Origin: Lepidodermella squamata
Lineage: Eukaryota; Animalia; Gastrotricha
DNA length: 64,000 nucleotides
Assembly (NCBI GenBank): GCA_047495785.1
Contig: JBLDXI010000030.1
Span: 744,001-808,000 of the forward strand
Direction of reading: 5' to 3'
Positions 61,174 through 64,000 of the stretch are shown here, in pieces (within the stretch, counting starts at the first letter, position 1; each line of letters opens with the position of its first letter). The position numbers were made by a program, and so were the translations under genes. The notes under the pieces are model-generated. The model was given only the letters and a program-made list of their open reading frames with translations, did not search any database and was not told the DNA's origin.

Positions 61174-61716
61174 TAACAGCCAAGCAATTTTCATTCAAAT
61201 GCAGTTTGCAACTGCTGCAGAACGAGAAATATTATTCTGAAAAGAATCCGGCAAAAACGCGAAGTTCCCCGTCATTCGATTTGATGTACTTGAAGTCAAT
61301 TCAGCGTTCAGTGTGAGCCAGAGCGTGCGCTAGCGAGGGCAATATATAACCTGGTGAGGCCCTTGGGATCAGCGGTCAGCGGTGTCGGAAACCTCTATTT
61401 TAATTGGGGCCTCTATAGACTCATTTTCGACTGCTCTACAACACGTGCTATCACAGCAAGTACACCCTGCCAGATTGGTAGACGCCGTTGCCGATTCCGC
61501 TTAATGCGTTGTCTCCACAGCGTCCCATCTCGCTAATGCCGTCTCCTACCTTGCCCGAAGCTGTTGGTATTGCGTATTGCTTATTGTCTAATGCGCAAAA
61601 ATGACGTTTTTAATCGAAATCGCGAGTAAATAATTTCTGTTTATTTGTTCGGAAATTAGAAAGCAACAGCGATAAAATGAATCGAAATTCAACAAGCAAT
61701 AGTCTTTGAAGATCCC

Positions 61717-64000
61717 CTATTCATAGTTGATAACATAAGCCGCGTAGAGATTAATACCACAGAACATGCCAACGGCTGCTGCGAAACCGATTGCATTCAG
61801 AAAATTGACAGAAGAAACGCGCAGGCATCCGAACTTTACGACTTTGTCGTTCAATTTCGTCGACTCAGTAGCTACGTAACCGAGGAACAGATTGAAAAGG
61901 GTGACCAAACCGCTATAGACTGCCATGTAGAAAATGTAGTCAGTCAAAAGAATCCTCTCAGCGCTTTTCGGGACATCTTGCAAGACCTGATTTTGCGCAA
62001 CTGTCAGAGCCAACAAGATCGTGATCACGAACATGACTCGATCTGGCTTGCTGGCCTGCATGAGAAACGCAGCGAGTTCTAACAGTGTGAGGATCAGACA
62101 AGGCCCAAGAATGTTCAGAAGATAGTAATTCGGTCGCCTTCGAAACGTCAGTGAGAACACGGCAACACTCACTCTGCTTCCAATCGTTGGAGCAGGCAGC
62201 ATTTCAATTCTCGTTTCTTTTCTCTCGCCCAAAATTTGCCACTGGGCTATGGGTGAAAGATCATCGGGTATTACGAAAACCAAATCAGAGAAATTGGTTA
62301 GCGCAGCAGAGCGATGGATTCCGAACTCAACCTCGCAGGTTTGAGTATCGAAAGGGAACTTTCGAAGATTCAGTGAACAGGTTGAGGTGTAGACGCCAAT
62401 TCTTGACCAGTAGAACTGCATTTCCAAGTACGTTGCGTCCAGTGGTTTGATCACAAAGACAAAATCATCGCCTAGAATGGTGTCGACCATGTAAACGTTA
62501 TCTGGGCTTGTGCGAAATGTTAAGGGCGGTAGCCAGAAATTCTCCTTGTCGCCAACGAAAACGCGTTCCGGATCTTGAATTTCGATAGGAATGTCACTTC
62601 GTTTACAGGTCGTGACGCTCCATCGCAGCTGTAGGATGCCTGATAGAGTTATAGTCTCTTCGACCTCTTTTATACCGAAGAACTGGTCAATAACGAAAAT
62701 CGCTCCGATTTTTGTAGGATTGCCATTGTTAGGCGGCGCGCTTCGATCAGCGGAGAAGTCTTTGCAGGTGCCATTCTTGATGTCAGAATCGCGGATTCTA
62801 GGAGTCGCATTCTCCGGCGGGAGTTTCGGCAGCACTTCCGCCGCTCTTTCAGCGATCGTTAGCTTCTTGGCTGAAGTTGTAGATGTCGCTGGCAGGGTTG
62901 TTACGGCTACAGGAATCGGTGACGTAGTCGAGCTCATTGGCTTCGTAGTTGTAGTCGGCATTTGGGTTGTTGAATTGGACCCTGGAGATAAGGCAATATC
63001 TAGTTTTCGAAATTTCTCATAGAAAGCTTACATATTCGAAGTTTCATGTAAAACCCTCCTGTTCTGCTGGATGAACTTCCGCGATTGAAATAAGAGACCA
63101 GCAGCTGTGAATCACTCGGCACAAGTTGCCAGTCCCCGCTGAAGCTGGTTATGTTTTCTTTTTCGTCTATAAAAACCTGCTTGGAGTTGACGAGGCCCTT
63201 CTGGTAGTTCCCATAGGTAATGAGTACCCCAGCACCGTCGGTGTTGAGACTCGTGAAGTTTAACAATGCGTACCTGGACAATTTATTAAAGATCAAAATC
63301 ATCTGCTGCGTCGAAACTCACTCTAGATATGTCATCGATGGAGCAATGATAAGCCACTCGCAGATATCAATGAGCCTCGAGTTTTTCGCAACAGGAATCA
63401 CTCCGATCGTTAGTTCCTGGAAGTCCCGATCCACTACCGTGAAAGTAGAACAGTCCGCTGTAATAGGAAGCATATCTGTCGATACGATCGCGTTGTTTTC
63501 AGGCGGTTCTATTTGTTCGAAGAAAATCGTAACAGACGAGAAGTGCCGTTGGTTTGTCGAATAGAGCGCGACCATTGCCGAAGAACTGTTCGTCGTCACT
63601 GTTAACGTATTGCCTGCAGTCAGTCTGTTTGGGTCAATTTCAAGCAGTTTCTTCGCCGGTCCTGATTGCCCAATGTCGAAAATCGCCAATCTAAGCCCGT
63701 CATATGGGCCTCCACTGGTATCGTTGACAACCGCGGTCATTTCGGAAAACCTAAACGTTTCTATTGTTCATAATTTGAAAATTTTGAATCTTTTTCAGCA
63801 ATGCCTAATCACGTTTGTGCCGTTAGCAATAATTCGCCACTGACGGTAGAGGTTGTACTCCTGGGTGTAGGTTGTAACAATGGTGCCGTTTTTGAAGTTT
63901 GTCATTTCAATTGTTGTTTTCACGTTGAGAGTCCAGTCGAAGTTGACATTTTTGTAGGCTGTTTTGGACTCGCAAGCTAGGCCGAAATAGCTTCCAGTGC
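61717..64000 (-). CDS. Multidomain pLGIC subunit 10 (EGF, two CUB-like domains, stalk, channel); 5' end beyond the window
   Basis: Close paralog of 53103-56130 with the same intron positions; the phase-1 intron 62982-63031 joins YMKLRI to WSNSTTQMPTTT in frame; no stop seen in the visible exons. Confidence 0.85.

Overview
Eukaryotic (metazoan) genomic DNA with many short introns of about 50-60 nt. Opine dehydrogenases suggest a marine invertebrate, but the taxon cannot be fixed from the sequence. The window is dominated by receptor gene arrays. (1) Ten divergent Cys-loop pentameric ligand-gated ion channel (pLGIC) subunit genes share an unusual signature: an extra N-terminal Cys pair, a P-[D/E]-R motif before M2, no loop-C vicinal cysteines and almost no M3-M4 loop. 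Two of them are spliced in frame to upstream EGF, CUB-like and Ser/Thr-stalk exons. (2) Four paralogs of an unrecognised small secreted 4-Cys protein lie among the channel genes. (3) Two tandem pairs of GABA-B-type class C GPCRs follow; one gene is interrupted by a TIR element carrying a nested, internally deleted Crypton. Also present are two opine dehydrogenases, a sterol desaturase-family gene, a secreted alpha-carbonic anhydrase, an NHL-repeat-like gene, a NEK-like kinase-ankyrin gene and several MITE families (hAT-like, PIF/Harbinger-like, piggyBac-like, TA-flanked). Exon structures were assembled by hand from splice signals and paralog comparison and have no transcript support.
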